NCBI RefSeq assembly: GCF_009914755.1
Contig: NC_060929.1
Reading direction: 5' to 3' (one strand)
Source: the human T2T-CHM13v2.0 reference genome, Homo sapiens
Length of the DNA stretch: 64,000 bases
The position numbers and the translations under genes were made by a program. Position 1 is the stretch's first letter. Each line of letters opens with the position of its first letter. The notes under the pieces are model-generated. The model made no database searches. It saw only the letters and a list, made by a program, of their open reading frames with translations, and was not told the DNA's origin. This document shows, one piece after another, positions 60,621 to 64,000 of the stretch.

Positions 60621-62395
60621 GTAATTGATACGTAGAGAAATGAAAGTTGCATTTTATCTGCCAACAAAATTTGCATGATTGCTCAGAATTCAAGGAATTT
60701 GACTAATGACAAGGAGGAGCCTTGTCATTAGGACAATCTTATGAAATGCTCATCAGCTGGTTTGGTTAAAACGTTGGTTGTATCTGGTTGAAAACTATTG
60801 TTTTGGAAACAGGCTGAAATATAATGATCATTGGATTGAAGAGACAGTGGGAATTTTGGTTTGTGTGTGATAGTTTAGATGATCTCTGCAGCTGAGACCT
60901 TAATTTTTAAAGCAGAATATGTGTACTCTGATTTATGTTGTTCATTTCTCTGCATCTTTCATGTTTCATGTTATTGATTATTCAGTTCCTGGCAAATGTA
61001 AGTTTCTTTCCTCTTTCCTTAGAGGAATTGTGAAATGTGTGCAATCTTAAATGTTATTTCTCAGTGGAAAATTACACTTTATTTCTGTGACCAGTATACT
61101 AAATAAGTACATATTTGTAAACATTTTTTGGCTCAGAATTTGGTGTCATTAGATAGCCCTGTTAATTTGGGTATAGTATGGCAATCCCCGTAAATCTAGA
61201 TGTAAAATTGTTGAATCATATTTGAAAGTACTTAGGTATTTTCTTATATTAGCTCATCAGAAATTGGAATAAAAAGCTGGGAAAAGGTCCCAAAACCCAG
61301 AGTAACTGATAGAAAAATGAGGTGCCATTTTCTGGTCAATTTGTGGAAGTAAGGTATTAAATAAATCATTGATATTCCACACATACCAGAGGCTGAATAA
61401 AACAGAACTAATAAATTAATTAATAAGGCTGAGCTCAAAAACAAAAGAATGAAATAATCCCAAATACAAGAATTAATTCAAAATGAGGAAGGTGCCTATG
61501 TGCTGAAGTTAGGAGTTTATAAGGATAATCATATTGGTCTTAACTGTTACTATAAACTTTATGATAACAGTTTTGACAGCATAAGTGAAATGGACCATTT
61601 ATTTGGAAATTATACGTGATAAAAATGGACTTAAGAAGAAATAAACAATAACTTCCAAAGATTAGTAATCAGTTACCATTTTAGCTCCTTGATCATGACA
61701 CCAGGCTCAGGTGGTATTCAGGAAGATGTTAAATACCCTTCAAAGGAGAGAGGATACATATTTTGTATAAACTGTTAGAAAGAAGATCAAGCTACCCAGC
61801 CATTTTTATAAGGCCAATATAACCTTAACACCAAATTTGATGGAATACAGAGATAAAAATCACGAGATAATCTCCCTATGAACATGGTAAAGAAGTCATA
61901 AATATAATGTTGGTACATCCACCCCATAAATGGTTCAAATTAAATATATTATCATTAATTAAGGTTTACTTTAGAAACGTAAGAGTGATATAACATTAGA
62001 AAAATCTATTAATTTGGTCAGTTTTTAATATTCATAGTTATTAATTTTATCCTAAATGACTGGTTAAGTATTCTAGGTGAGAGACAGATTTGTTATTTGT
62101 TACCTTATATTAAATAAGTGCATTGCACCACCCCCACCCCACTTTTGCTGCAGGCCTTACTCCTGGGATGACACAGTTAAAACTAGACGGAAAAAATCTC
62201 CTACATGAGTAAACTGACACACTATAGGCAAGAGGTGGAAAACAATAGATGTTCTCCTTTTATTGGTGGGAGAGAGATAATCATCCCTTTTCCTTCCTGA
62301 AAGGAGAGAAAAATATTTTTACTCATTTGATGGAAAGTATCCTAGATTCCTGGCCTAACCTTTTGGAATATAAATATCTTTCCAAGGGCTATTAA

Positions 62396-63028
<633 letters not shown>

Positions 63029-64000
63029 GTCTCTGGCTTTTAAGACCCAGAGATATCTTCAAGTTTTGGACTTCATACCATTTGAAATGTAAATACTTCA
63101 GGAGATAGCACTCCAACCTTCCTGGCACTTTAGGGTTTTAACCTAGCTACCTAATCCTGGCTGTAACTATTTGGGCCTCTTGAGGAGGTAAGAGAAATTT
63201 TATTACTCTTTCAGATCAAAACAATTCACTAGACACCTAGAGAGATGGCCACACATTCATTTCTCATTGCATAGTTCCAAGGGCAGTGAAGACAGATATT
63301 ATCTGTATAATATATATGTTTCTGTGTCTCAAAAAGCTAGGGCATTGATAATAAGCCAGTATGAAAATATTAATAGAAGTCTTAGGCAATGCAAAAAAGA
63401 TAAAAATTATGAAAATACGTAAGATATTTTTTAAAAAGAGGCAAACCTGCTATCATCAGGAGTCTAAACAAAGTGTACAGAACATTCCGAGTTCATACAA
63501 ATAAATTGTTAAGACTAATAAAAAAATTCAGCAAGCTTTTTGAATGCAAGATTCATATATAAAACTTGGCAGAATTCTTATGCAATAACTAATTAAAAAT
63601 GAAATGGTAAGATAAAATCTTTTTCATAATAGTGCCAAAACTATAAATTGGGGAAAAAAATGTATAGAAATTGTACAAGTTCATCATGTTGAAAATTATT
63701 ATATGAAAAAATATAAAGAAGACTAAAAAAGGAGGTGGTGGGGGATACAACCTGTTCCTGGAGGAGAAATCAGTACTGTAAAATCTGTTTTTCTCAAATC
63801 TATGAACTCAGTGCATTTCTGATTCAGATCCCTTGGGAGTTTTTGGCAATTTGAAAAGTTGATTCCAAACATTATATGAAAAATGAAGGTTCAAGGAATT
63901 GAGGAAAATTTTAAGGCAAGGAAAAACTTGCTCTATTAGAAATCAGGAAGTAATACAAAGTTGAATCTTTGGGACAGTGTAGTGTTGGTGATTAGAAAAA

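Overview
Primate (human/ape-like) AT-rich, repeat-dense intronic or intergenic DNA. It is not prokaryotic: there are no operons, CRISPR arrays, rRNA or tRNA genes, and almost every long ORF in the track is a retroelement relic. The main structures are: (1) a 7.3 kb minus-strand HERV-K-class provirus with two MER11D-like LTRs (HML-7/HERVK11D-like, 17872-25145), which lacks most of gag and all of pro and sits inside the inverted arm of a twin-primed L1PA; (2) a full-length, disrupted L1PA4-like element (31909-38065) carrying a ~225 bp 3' transduction, nested in an older L1; (3) a ~300 bp orphan L1-mediated retro-insertion with polyA signal and TSD inside a Tigger2; (4) a complete THE1D element in a triple MaLR nest, an ERVL dUTPase remnant, and many Alu/MIR/L2/MER relics. 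In the unique DNA I see a candidate plus-strand chain of phase-0 micro-exons ending in a coding terminal exon (25340-25453, ...RRKSKRRQHERPKIPPHIP*) whose gene I cannot name, plus candidate antisense non-coding exons. All subfamily calls are from recalled consensus sequences, not from a search. I found no convincing new biological system; the best leads are the two transduction/orphan retrocopies, the nested provirus and the micro-exon gene.
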